Assembly: GCA_035327825.1 (NCBI GenBank)
Contig: DAOLCO010000013.1
Span: forward strand, 8,033 to 72,032
DNA from: Oligoflexia bacterium
GTDB lineage: Bacteria; Bdellovibrionota_C; UBA2361; SZUA-149; DAOLCO01
DNA: 64,000 nucleotides
Direction: 5' to 3'
Under the pieces are notes generated by a model. The model was given only the letters and a program-made list of their open reading frames with translations, did not search any database and was not told where the DNA came from. Position numbers and translations under genes: made by a program. Position 1 is the stretch's first letter. Every line of letters begins with the position of its first letter. This document shows, in pieces, positions 55,765 through 64,000 of the stretch.

Positions 55765-57609
55765 ATGTATCAGCTTGTGGATTTTCAGACCAGAGAGCAG
55801 GTTTCTACTGAATCGCTTGTATTTACAGGAGAGGGTCGACCGTGGGAAGTTGTGATGGATCTTTCTTTGGTCAGAAAAAAAATTAATCTTGACTATTTCA
55901 AAAAAACACCTTCCTTTGTCTCAAAGTATCTGCCACTTCTTCCTGTTATGGATTACGGTTCGTTTGTCTCTCTTGGAGAAGGAGAAACGCCCCTTATCAA
56001 AAGTAATACAATTGCAAAAGAGTTTGGTGCCAAACTTTACTTTAAACTTGAAGGTCAGAATCCCACTGGTTCATTCAAGGATCGTGGGTCGGCTGTAGAG
56101 GTTACTGTTGCAAAGGAGCATGGTGCTAAAGGTATTGTTGTAGCAAGTACCGGGAATATGGCTGCAAGTTGTTCGTGTTATGCAGCTGCGGCAAGGGTGC
56201 CTTGTTATGTATTTGTTCCTGAAGGAACTCCAACTTCAAAACTAGCTCAGGTAATTGCTTATGGTGGAAGAATTGTTCAGGTTCGCGGAACCTATGGAGA
56301 TGCTGCAAGGCTTGCCGAGGAAGTTGCAAGGGCTTATGGATATTATCTTGCAGGCGATTATGCATTTCGTATTGAGGGTTCGAAAACAGCGGCTTTTGAA
56401 TTAAGTGAGCAGTTACTTTATCAAGTTCCGGATATGGTTGTTGTCCCTCTTGGATGTGGAACAAATCTCGCCTCTTATTACAAGGGCTTTAGAGAGTATC
56501 TTGAGTTAGGAATAATTGACAGGGTACCACATCTTATTGGGGTGCAGGCTGAGGCTGCAAATCCTATTGTTCGTGCATTTAAAAAAGGGAAGCGGGAAGT
56601 TGAACCTCTTAAGGAAGTAAAATCGCTTGCAAGGGCAATTGCTATTAATGATCCGCTGGATGGAATGAAAGCACTTGAAGCAATTTATTCAACGCAGGGT
56701 ACCTGTGTTCAGGTTACTGAAGAAGAAATGGTCAGTGCCCAGTATGAGCTCTCAAAAGAGGAGGGTGTTTTTGTTGAAACTGCATGTGCTGCTACTGTTG
56801 CAGCGCTAAGAAAAATGCAGCGAGAGGGGCATGTTTTATCACATAAGCATATTGTATGTATTTTAACTGGTACGGGACTTAAGGATCCGGATCCTATTAT
56901 TAAAGCGGGAATTCAACCAAGAAGCATTAATCCAACTGTTGAAGAGTTTCAGGAACTTTATGAAAAATCACTGAAAAATACTCCTCATCTGCATTTTCTT
57001 CAGGATCTGGAGGTAGTTTTTGATGCCCTTCCTGATGATAGTCAAATATTAAAAATTGTAGAGGGTCGCTTGGGTATAACGCTTGATTCTGTGCTTTTAT
57101 CAAAAATTTCAGAAAGAATTAAACATCTTTTTGCTTCTGGTACGGCCCAGTTACTTGTATCTGATCTTAAAGATATCGTTACGGAGGAATTTCAGGTAGC
57201 AGATGCGCCTGATCCATATTTGAAGGTAAAAGAGTATTCACTTGAATCAGGTTCGGAGACAAAAGTCAGAGCAAGGATTAAATTTATTACAAGGGGATCA
57301 TTGGATAAAACTTCAAAAAAAGTTTCCACTGGGAGCGAAGCTGAGCATGAAAAGTTAGTTGAAACTTCGGGTATTGGAATGCTGGATGCTTTATTTTCAG
57401 CTTTTAAGGAAGTTTCTCCATTAGAAGGTGTTGAGCTTGATGATTTTTCTGTAGATGTAAGGCAGGTCGTTCCCAATGGTTCGGTCAGTGTTGCAGTTTC
57501 GCTGAAATATGGAGAAATAAGGGTAAGGGCAAGAGCTTCTTCTTATGATACCATTCAGGGGACAGTAAAAGCCCTTGAAAGAGCTTTTAACAAGTTGCTT
57601 TGCAGGTAG
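55765..57609 (+). CDS. thrC: Threonine synthase fused to a C-terminal LeuA-type (IPMS allosteric/dimerisation-like) domain (614 aa)
   Basis: ThrC/PLP fold II in residues 1-~400: LGEGETPL, PLP-lysine motif EGQNPTGSFKDRG, and ASTGNMAAS. The C-terminal ~130 aa (LKVKEYSLESGSETKVRARIKF...SGIGMLDALFSAFKEV...LDDFSVDV...GSVSVAVSLKYGEIRVRARASSYDTIQGTVKALERAFNKL) follow the LeuA regulatory-domain pattern. Confidence 0.75.
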   Translation: MYQLVDFQTREQVSTESLVFTGEGRPWEVVMDLSLVRKKINLDYFKKTPSFVSKYLPLLPVMDYGSFVSLGEGETPLIKSNTIAKEFGAKLYFKLEGQNPTGSFKDRGSAVEVTVAKEHGAKGIVVASTGNMAASCSCYAAAARVPCYVFVPEGTPTSKLAQVIAYGGRIVQVRGTYGDAARLAEEVARAYGYYLAGDYAFRIEGSKTAAFELSEQLLYQVPDMVVVPLGCGTNLASYYKGFREYLELGIIDRVPHLIGVQAEAANPIVRAFKKGKREVEPLKEVKSLARAIAINDPLDGMKALEAIYSTQGTCVQVTEEEMVSAQYELSKEEGVFVETACAATVAALRKMQREGHVLSHKHIVCILTGTGLKDPDPIIKAGIQPRSINPTVEEFQELYEKSLKNTPHLHFLQDLEVVFDALPDDSQILKIVEGRLGITLDSVLLSKISERIKHLFASGTAQLLVSDLKDIVTEEFQVADAPDPYLKVKEYSLESGSETKVRARIKFITRGSLDKTSKKVSTGSEAEHEKLVETSGIGMLDALFSAFKEVSPLEGVELDDFSVDVRQVVPNGSVSVAVSLKYGEIRVRARASSYDTIQGTVKALERAFNKLLCR

Positions 57610-57652
57610 TTTGTGTTTTTTTGTTTCTTTGGTTTTTTAAAAGGAGTTTGTC

Positions 57653-57982
57653 GTGAAGGTAGTTTGTCATTTGATCCGGCATGATGAGGTTGTTTTTGGA
57701 TTTGAAGATGGTGGGCGAGAGATAAATCTAACGGCCAGCATTTCCAAAAATTCTGAAAATGCAAGTAGTCATCATCTTTTGCTTTCTCTCCCCGATCAGA
57801 TTTCTGTCAGTGAGAATGAAATCAAAGCTGCTTACCTGGATCGCTTAAGAGCAAATGTTCATGTAACAGTTTCCATTGGCAGGGCAGGTACGGGTAGCTT
57901 AAATTGTGTCAAGGATGAGGCAAGACTTGCGCTCGATCAGTTTTATCTTGGAAGAGAGTGTTCGGATTGCAGTGGTTCTTAA
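57653..57982 (+). CDS. Hypothetical protein (109 aa)
   Basis: GTG preceded by AAAGGAG at good spacing. No recognisable motif. Confidence 0.5.
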   Translation: MKVVCHLIRHDEVVFGFEDGGREINLTASISKNSENASSHHLLLSLPDQISVSENEIKAAYLDRLRANVHVTVSIGRAGTGSLNCVKDEARLALDQFYLGRECSDCSGS

Positions 57983-58023
57983 GAGCTATTTTAAACTACG
58001 AAAAAAGGGGTTTTTATTTCTTC

Positions 58024-58060
58024 AAGGCCACATGCTTTATAGTATGTGGCCTTGTGTTTT
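58024..58060 (+). terminator. Rho-independent terminator
   Basis: AAGGCCACAT (58024-58033) pairs with ATGTGGCCTT (58044-58053), followed by GTGTTTT. Confidence 0.7.
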
Positions 58061-58300
58061 AGTTAAGTTTTCTGTTGTGCCCTTTCCTGATCAAGAAGCA
58101 GTTTTATTCTCCTTGCTCATTCTCGCAAGCACTGAACGTATCTGAGAATGAGGCAAAAGAGGCAAAAGAGAGAGGATAAACTGGGGAACAGGGGTTAAAT
58201 CGCAATTTTTAGTATAGAAGTAAATTAAAAAAGTACTCCGCGAAAGCTTTGATATTTGGGAATATAAAACCTCCGCGGAGATAAAGTTTTCAAATTTTTT

Positions 58301-59416
58301 CTATTTAAACTTGTTAAGGAAGGAGTTGATGAAGTTCACAACGACTTCTTCCTCATTTCCAATCCTTTCCAGCCGTTTTTCTGTCCAGGATCGGAGATTC
58401 TCATTCTCCGGATGGGCTCTTACCACAATATCCATCAGTGCCCTCCACGTAAGTCCGTGTCCAATCGACGGGATGTTCAGGTGTAGCGTTATGCTGTAGC
58501 CAACCCCGATAGGTAGACCTTTGTAAGTAGTGGGCTCTAACTTATGAAGTCGACAAAGGTCAAAGTCCATTTTGACTTCGAATAGTGGAAGTAGGGGCTC
58601 GTTTGGCGATTTCGCCATAAGCTCCATAACACTTCGAAGGAATTCCTGTTCCCTTTCTGAGCGCAAGCTCATTTGGGACATTAGTGCCTCCTTCTTTTCG
58701 GGAGTCAATGGGGATTTCCACTCGATTTCTTCTGGAGTCATATGCTCCACATCAAAATCAAAAAAGCCCAGACTCTGATATGAGTCCAGAAGCTCAATTA
58801 TTCTCGATGTATTGTACAGGATTGGTATCAGGCTCTTTTCGACTTCTCTTAATGGCCTGTCTGAATCGGCCTTTTCGTTCTCGGTTTTCGAAAAGAACTC
58901 AAGATAAACTCCCGAAGTTGAAAACGGCTCGCCGAATTCTTCGTTGTATTTTTCAGCTAACCACGTGATCAGATCTGAGATTGCTTTAATCTCAGAAATC
59001 AGAAGCTCTTTCTCTTCGCCTTCAAGAAAGGGAAGAAATAGTCGCATCTGTTTTCTTGTCATGTGGCTTGTGATTAAAATCGCCTGAGCCAGATTCATGC
59101 CCCAGAAAACCTTTAAGGTTTTGTAATTTGGGACATCGCTTGTGAAAGCATCGAATGGAGATTCCTTAAACTTCTCTACCTCAGTTAGGGCCACATAGAT
59201 AAGGCGGGTTAACGCCGTATCGTTTTCCTTAAAGAACTTGTTGGCCTCATTCCATCGCTCTCTCAGTCGAGTCCTTTCTTTTTCTGTCATCTCCTGAAGA
59301 GCTGGTACATAATCCATTACACTTGAAAGAATTGGGAACCTTCCTGAATATATCAGGACATCCCGAAGTCCCGAGACTACAATATTGTAGCTTGGGCAAG
59401 TCTTTGTTTGGATCAC
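58301..59416 (-). CDS. Hypothetical protein (371 aa)
   Basis: Long ORF with a GTG start preceded by AGGA. No motif recognised. Confidence 0.55.
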   Translation of the reverse strand: MIQTKTCPSYNIVVSGLRDVLIYSGRFPILSSVMDYVPALQEMTEKERTRLRERWNEANKFFKENDTALTRLIYVALTEVEKFKESPFDAFTSDVPNYKTLKVFWGMNLAQAILITSHMTRKQMRLFLPFLEGEEKELLISEIKAISDLITWLAEKYNEEFGEPFSTSGVYLEFFSKTENEKADSDRPLREVEKSLIPILYNTSRIIELLDSYQSLGFFDFDVEHMTPEEIEWKSPLTPEKKEALMSQMSLRSEREQEFLRSVMELMAKSPNEPLLPLFEVKMDFDLCRLHKLEPTTYKGLPIGVGYSITLHLNIPSIGHGLTWRALMDIVVRAHPENENLRSWTEKRLERIGNEEEVVVNFINSFLNKFK

Positions 59417-59542
59417 AATAAAGAATCCTCATGTGAGTAATAGATGACTGATTTAACAGCGACTCACTAACGCGGATAAATCAGAGCCGAAGAATTTCCC
59501 CGGTTTATTTTCCCACGAAAAACCTTTAATCAAAGCTCTTCG

Positions 59543-59573
59543 CGAGTATTAATTTTGAAACGATTAATACTCG
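59543..59573. promoter_or_regulatory. Inverted repeat (11-bp arms, 9-nt spacer) in a divergent intergenic region
   Basis: CGAGTATTAAT-tttgaaacg-ATTAATACTCG, about 130 nt upstream of the 371-aa gene. Confidence 0.3.
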
Positions 59574-59978
59574 GAAAAGTTAATTCTTCTTCAGTAAAAA
59601 AAATAAAAAAGAGCAATATAAGATAAAGGCACTTATGGGCATTTGATTATGCAGAAAATAGCGAAAATACGACTAAAAATAAAGGGAATGAGGGGTGGTT
59701 TATATGTTTGAGAGGGTGTTTATATTCCTAACAATTTGAAAATAATAGCTTATTTTGAAGTTGAAATTTCATGTTACTTGAATCAAAAGTTAAAGAAGTG
59801 TTTATCTTTTTGCCATTTTCTGATTTATATAGTAGGTTGTAGCGCCTACATTCTCTATGCCTGATATTTGAAATTGATGTTTTGTGTAGTCTAAAAATGA
59901 TCTTACCCGTCTCATGAAATTCAGACTTGAGTCGGGTATGAGGATACAAGGTTTTTATTTTTGGGGAGTAATGAATCA

Positions 59979-60470
59979 ATGAAAAGGCAGTTTGAGGAGA
60001 CGATTTTTCTTCGAAATCAGTGGGTCCTTCCACTGATAACCTTGAGGTCGAACATTACTTTTTTAAAGGTGTTTGATTCTCAGTTCAAGCTTCAATCGCG
60101 TTTTGTAAGAAAGCCCGCACTTGATGATTACATTGTGCTCTTCGACGAGTATGAGTCATTTATTGACTGTATGCTCGGGAAGATTGCAAATCTTTCAACA
60201 GATGCAGGTAAAGCGTTCTTTCAGGAAATGACACTTGAAAAACTGTTTCCTGATGGATGTGAAGTTTTTCCTTCACTAGCCTCTCATAAAAAAGAGTGCC
60301 TGGCATTTCTTGTAAAAAAAATCTCGGATGAACTCCTAAAGATTTTTGAAAACAAGATAGTCCTTGAAGGACGATTCCTTGAGGGAGAGTATGAGGCTTA
60401 CTTCGACTTCAGGGTCTTTGAACTTAAAGTGACAATCAGTTATTTTGAAATTCTTGTTTCAAATGTCTGA
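59979..60470 (+). CDS. Hypothetical protein (~163 aa)
   Basis: In-frame ATG at 59979, 10 nt downstream of GGGGAG; the TTG at 59961 is an alternative start. No motif recognised. Confidence 0.45.
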   Translation: MKRQFEETIFLRNQWVLPLITLRSNITFLKVFDSQFKLQSRFVRKPALDDYIVLFDEYESFIDCMLGKIANLSTDAGKAFFQEMTLEKLFPDGCEVFPSLASHKKECLAFLVKKISDELLKIFENKIVLEGRFLEGEYEAYFDFRVFELKVTISYFEILVSNV

Positions 60471-60600
60471 TTCTAAGGGGTCAGGGTTAAGAGGTTTTTA
60501 AATTTTCTTGATCCTCACCCCGTCAGTTAAGTTTAAATTGAAATTCACATGTAATTTTAAATTTAAGGAAGGTTTCGTCTGAGCTCGTAAACCTTGCCTT

Positions 60601-60635
60601 AAAAGAAAGAGCACTGGTGCTCTTTCTTTTTTTTT
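60601..60635. terminator. Bidirectional intrinsic terminator between convergent genes
   Basis: AAAA-GAAAGAGCAC-TG-GTGCTCTTTC-TTTTTTTTT: a 10-bp stem flanked by an A-run and a T-run. Confidence 0.75.
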
Positions 60636-60646
60636 AAACATGCCTT

Positions 60647-61159
60647 TTAAGCTCTGACCCGGGCACAAGCCGCAAGCCAGAGTTTTTCGAGCTTTTCCCG
60701 GGCTCCTGGCTCTCCGAGATATGCTCGGACCCAAAGTGGGTCGGGCATTTTCCCAAGGAGGTCCTTCTCCATCAGCCCCTCGATAACTCGAAGGAGGGGC
60801 TTGGCGAGTTCCGTTCCAGCTTCCTTGCTGGAAAGGTAAACGCCATCACTCAGGAAAAAGCGTCTTGCTTTTTCCTGAGCTGAGAAGTCCTGCCCTGGAT
60901 CTCCGATCCAGAGAGCAGGAACAGCTCCTCCCTTCCTTGAAAGGAACCTGTGCGCTTCATGCGCACTTGATTTGACCTGCACCAAACGGTGCAGGCCGGG
61001 GACGTTGACGAAAACGTCAACGTCCCCCTCAAGCCCCTTTCTTCCATACCCTTCGGGGAGGGGCATCCCCATGTCCTCAAATGCGGCATCGGCCGTGATG
61101 CCGCCTAACTGAAGAGCTACAAACTCTTCGAGTTCGTAGCTCTTTCGAGTTTCAAGCAT
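60647..61159 (-). CDS. Mrr-cat-like PD-(D/E)xK restriction-endonuclease-fold protein (170 aa), compositionally foreign
   Basis: EEFVALQLGG...EGDVDVFVNVPGLHRLVQVKSS matches the E...D-x-D...(Q/E)-x-K pattern of Mrr-type nuclease cores. About 60% G+C in two hand-counted 60-nt lines. Confidence 0.5.
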   Translation of the reverse strand: MLETRKSYELEEFVALQLGGITADAAFEDMGMPLPEGYGRKGLEGDVDVFVNVPGLHRLVQVKSSAHEAHRFLSRKGGAVPALWIGDPGQDFSAQEKARRFFLSDGVYLSSKEAGTELAKPLLRVIEGLMEKDLLGKMPDPLWVRAYLGEPGAREKLEKLWLAACARVRA

Positions 61160-61206
61160 GATAATCCTCCTTCAGTCTTTTAACGACTGAAAAAAAAGAA
61201 AAAAAG

Positions 61207-61264
61207 AAAAACTGTAACGGCCAAAAGCGTGTAATCATTTCATGCCTTTGGCCGTTACAGTTTT
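61207..61264. terminator. 18-bp perfect hairpin (bidirectional terminator-like)
   Basis: AAAACTGTAACGGCCAAA (61207-61224) pairs with TTTGGCCGTTACAGTTTT (61247-61264). The loop is 22 nt. Confidence 0.5.
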
Positions 61265-61712
61265 TCAATATTCAGTTGAGAAATTTTACTGAGGAATATG
61301 AGTAAGGGTGAAGAAGAAGCTTAGGGAGTCAGGAATTTAAAAACCTTATTTTACAAAAAACCTTTACTGTCAGACGAAACCAGGGAGTAGGCGAACTCCT
61401 TGGTTTCGTTTCAAAAATACGTCTAACCTTTAAAAGCTTGAAAAGAACAAAACCCATAAGGTATTAATATTAAGTGCCTTAAAGATTTATGCACTAATGT
61501 TATGGCAGAAATATTATAAATTATGATTTTGATGCTTATTTATGAAATGTCGGATTAAGTTTTGGGGAAGTAAGGGAAGGAAGGAAATCGGAAGGATCAC
61601 TCTTGCAGTTAGAGCCTATTAATTCAAACTAGGGCAAATAACTACTTATAAATAATAGCATATTGCTGTACGTTAAGTGCAGTTAAATAATGGCGTGCAA
61701 ATTTTAAGTGCT

Positions 61713-62551
61713 ATGAATAGACTAGTTAACCTCCCTATTCTACACTCTTTTTTCCTTTTTGGTGCTTGAGGCACTGGTAAGACTTTGACTTTAAAAAAGC
61801 TTCTTCCGGAGGGTGGTGGTATTTACATCGATCTACTGTTGCCGGAAGATTACGAGAGGTTTTCTAAGCAACCATCGTATCTGTCTAAAACCGTCCAGAG
61901 TTTACCTGAAAAAGGCGAGTTCTGGATTGTTATTGACGAAGTTCAAAAAGTATCTGCTCTTCTTGATATGGTTCATTTGGAAATTGAGGCATACAAAAGA
62001 TCCCAGATGGGGTTACTAAAGAGCGACCTCCTGAGCGAAAGATTTACTTTTCATTAACTGGATCTAGCGCTCGAAAACTAAAACGGGGTAATGCCAATTT
62101 ACTTGCCGGACGAGCATTACTAATGAATCTTTATCCATTGACTCACCAGGAGCTTGGAGATGATTTTGACTTGCATGAAGTTCTGAGGTGGGGAAGCCTT
62201 CCAGGGATTATAACTGAAAAGGAACTTGATATTAGAAATCAGATGCTAATATCATATATTCACACCTATCTCAAAGAAGAAATTCTGGAAGAGCAACTGG
62301 CACGGGAAGCACCTCCTTTTAGAAGATTTCTTGAGAGTGCAGCTCAGACTAATGGAGAGATAATAAATTTTTCAGCAATAGGAAGAGATGTCAACCTAAG
62401 TTCAAATACCGTACAAAGCTATTATCAGATACTTGAAGATACCCTTCTTGGATACTATGTCCTTCCATACCACACTTCTATAAGAAAACGTCAAAGAAAA
62501 GGCCCGAAGATGTACCTATTTGACTGTGGCAAGATGCTATTGCAGCGCTAG
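61713..62551 (+). pseudogene. Decayed AAA+ ATPase (AAA_14 + DUF4143 family) gene
   Basis: Paralogous to 62662..63825.
- In-frame TGA at 61767-61769 inside the Walker A motif (FLFGA*GTGKT).
- A frameshift between about 61985 and 62040; the sequence then reads IYFSLTGSSARKLKRGNANLLAGRA in another frame.
- The last ~130 aa are missing. Confidence 0.8.
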
Positions 62552-62661
62552 GTATTGTGCCGGTTAGTGCTTGATTTATTTAATCTATGTTTTTACGTTG
62601 CGCAATTTCTCTCCATTTTTAACAGAGGCATGTTGTAACCCTAGTCCTGTGTAATAAAATT

Positions 62662-63825
62662 TCAGAGTTTTATAAGAGATGGCTGTGAGAGTATCTGGCC
62701 TGACCAAAGCCTTTGCAGAAAATCGTTTACTGGAATTATTTCAACTCCTTCGGGGCTTTTCCAGGCTTCTTTTTCTCGAGACACTACTATGGGTCTTAAG
62801 GATGGGAGGTCTTCTTTAAGTGCCAGAAGGTTTTTATAATCTCTTTTGGAAATTCTACTTTTTGATTTTACCTCTATTCCAATCTTGTCATCTATTAAGA
62901 AATCAACTTCTAGTTGTGAGAGGCTACGCCAATAACTTAGCATTGAAGTAGAACGAGTATAATCCAAATATGCTCTTAATTCTATATATATAAGATGTTC
63001 AAGTGCTTCGCCGTAAAGTTCGGTTCCTTCATCTATGTATCCTCGTTTTAGGAGTGAGTTTACTACTCCGACATCAAAGAAATAAAATTTACCTGTAGCA
63101 ACAGGTTTTCTCTTTACAGTTTTTTGAAAAGCAGGGAGAGTCTCTCCAAGCAATGTATCCTCTAGTATTTGATAATACTCACGTATTGTTCTTGGAGGGA
63201 CGCCAGTATCATTCCCAACTTCTGTATAGTTAATTTGTTTTGTGTTTGTAAGTGCGGCTACTTCAAGAAATCTTGAGAAACTGTCAATACCTCTTGTGAG
63301 ACCTTCCTCTAATATTTCTTCTTTAAGGTATATTCCAACATAGTTTTTTAGGTCCAAGTCATAAACTGCTGAGTCTATTACGGCGGGAAGGCCACCTCGG
63401 TTAATTCTGTCTAATATGTTTATTTCTTTTATTTCGGGAAATACTAATGGATGCATGTTTTGTTTAATAGCTCGACCAGCAAGTAAATTTGCATCACCTC
63501 TTTTTAGTTTTCTTGCATTACTACCCGTTAGGATAAACCTTATATATGGTCTATCGGTAATTATAGAGTGAACTTCGTCAAGTAAGGATGGAAGTTTTTG
63601 AATTTCGTCTATTATGACTAATGAATCATCTGGTTTTAATGAAAGTCGAATAATTTCTGGTCTTGAGGTCAATTCTCTGAATGTATCAGCCTGAAGAAGG
63701 TTATAGAGTTTTGCATTAGGATACTTGGTTTTTAGAAATGTGCTTTTACCAACCTGACGAGGACCAAAAAGAAATATGGACCTATATGTAAGGATATCGT
63801 TGAAATTTAGGTATCTTGAATACAT
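62662..63825 (-). CDS. AAA+ ATPase with a DUF4143 domain (AAA_14 family)
   Basis: Walker A GPRQVGKST, Walker B VIIDEIQ, ILTGSNARKLKRGDANLLAGRA and YFFDVG, with a C-terminal nuclease-like tail (EVDFLI...IEVK). Confidence 0.8.
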   Translation of the reverse strand: MYSRYLNFNDILTYRSIFLFGPRQVGKSTFLKTKYPNAKLYNLLQADTFRELTSRPEIIRLSLKPDDSLVIIDEIQKLPSLLDEVHSIITDRPYIRFILTGSNARKLKRGDANLLAGRAIKQNMHPLVFPEIKEINILDRINRGGLPAVIDSAVYDLDLKNYVGIYLKEEILEEGLTRGIDSFSRFLEVAALTNTKQINYTEVGNDTGVPPRTIREYYQILEDTLLGETLPAFQKTVKRKPVATGKFYFFDVGVVNSLLKRGYIDEGTELYGEALEHLIYIELRAYLDYTRSTSMLSYWRSLSQLEVDFLIDDKIGIEVKSKSRISKRDYKNLLALKEDLPSLRPIVVSREKEAWKSPEGVEIIPVNDFLQRLWSGQILSQPSLIKL

Positions 63826-63831
63826 TCAGGT

Positions 63832-63884
63832 ATAATTTCATGAAATTCTGCATACTACAAGCATAATTTCATTAAATTTTGCAT
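63832..63884. repeat. Two 22-nt direct repeats (31-nt period) immediately upstream of the AAA+ ATPase gene
   Basis: ATAATTTCATGAAATTCTGCAT (63832-63853) and ATAATTTCATTAAATTTTGCAT (63863-63884) match at 20 of 22 positions. The first contains the perfect palindrome ATTTCATGAAAT. Confidence 0.6.
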
Positions 63885-64000
63885 TTAGGCAATATATTGC
63901 TCTCCAAACAATATTTATCATATGAAAATAATCATGCACCACAATTACCTATTATTATCATAGCCTATATGTTTTCCAAGTAGTAGTCGCACTCAAGGCA

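Noticed and set aside
61207-61264. The 18-bp hairpin as an integron attC site, with the nuclease gene as an integron cassette
   Set aside because: The arms do not carry the RYYYAAC / GTTRRRY core sites. There is no extrahelical-base asymmetry, and no intI or neighbouring cassette array.
60573-61383. A 12-nt inverted match (GGTTTCGTCTGA / TCAGACGAAACC) flanking the high-GC nuclease gene as cassette ends
   Set aside because: Many 12-mer matches are expected by chance in 64 kb on both strands (on the order of hundreds of pairs). The similarity does not extend beyond 12 nt.
1-64000. CRISPR arrays, rRNA genes, transposases, integrases and prophage genes
   Set aside because: I scanned intergenic regions and the ORF translations. 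I saw no regularly spaced direct-repeat array, no rRNA-like sequence and no recombinase or transposase motifs.

Overview
A chromosomal segment from an AT-rich diderm bacterium (lnt, OMP-like and LPS-type sugar genes). Hand-counted 60-nt samples of housekeeping genes gave roughly 40-47% G+C. No rRNA, CRISPR array, transposase, integrase or phage gene was seen.

Left part (1-17.3 kb):
- A translationally coupled lipid-modification operon: FAD oxidoreductase, a DUF1365::CFA-synthase fusion and a chalcone-isomerase-like secreted protein. It runs into an ECF sigma factor and a short zinc-finger anti-sigma.
- A 1.1-kb gene-free interval holding an unassigned, hairpin-dense, GC-enriched element bounded by 21-nt inverted repeats.
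- rpsP and ffh.
- A degenerate single-domain receiver.
- An LdcA-like carboxypeptidase, a beta-lactamase-fold protein and folC.
- A Hanks-type kinase convergent with a 1006-aa GAF-PAS hybrid histidine kinase.
- tRNA-Thr.

Middle part (17.3-43.5 kb), an accessory surface-glycan region:
- Two family-3 O-acyltransferases.
- A very low-GC two-gene block (about 22-23% in sampled lines).
- hpt.
- A pseudaminic-acid-type nonulosonic acid locus: pseB, a DegT aminotransferase, GNATs, a NeuB-family synthase, a cytidylyltransferase and a Pse-associated methylase.
- Tailoring genes in that locus: an N-acetyl-sugar amidotransferase, an amidase, and an ACP / FkbH-like / MaoC-SDR / O-methyltransferase / GNAT module.
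- Two short repeat families punctuate this region: a 184-bp MITE-like element (2 inverted copies) and a 170-230-bp repeat (2 inverted copies).

Right part (43.5-64 kb):
- yheU-like and yhbY-like genes.
- An ABC exporter.
- A GHL10 hydrolase.
- tRNA-Leu.
- Three glycosyltransferases.
- lnt.
- A threonine synthase fused to a LeuA-type regulatory domain.
- A patch of orphan genes: a roughly 60% G+C Mrr-like nuclease gene flanked by two strong hairpins, one decayed DUF4143 AAA+ ATPase gene and one intact copy.

Most worth follow-up:
- The unassigned structured element at 5.06-5.73 kb.
- The ACP-dependent acyl-tailoring module plus the amidase/duplicated-amidotransferase pair in the Pse locus.
- The repeat-bracketed cassettes.
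- The ThrC fusion.
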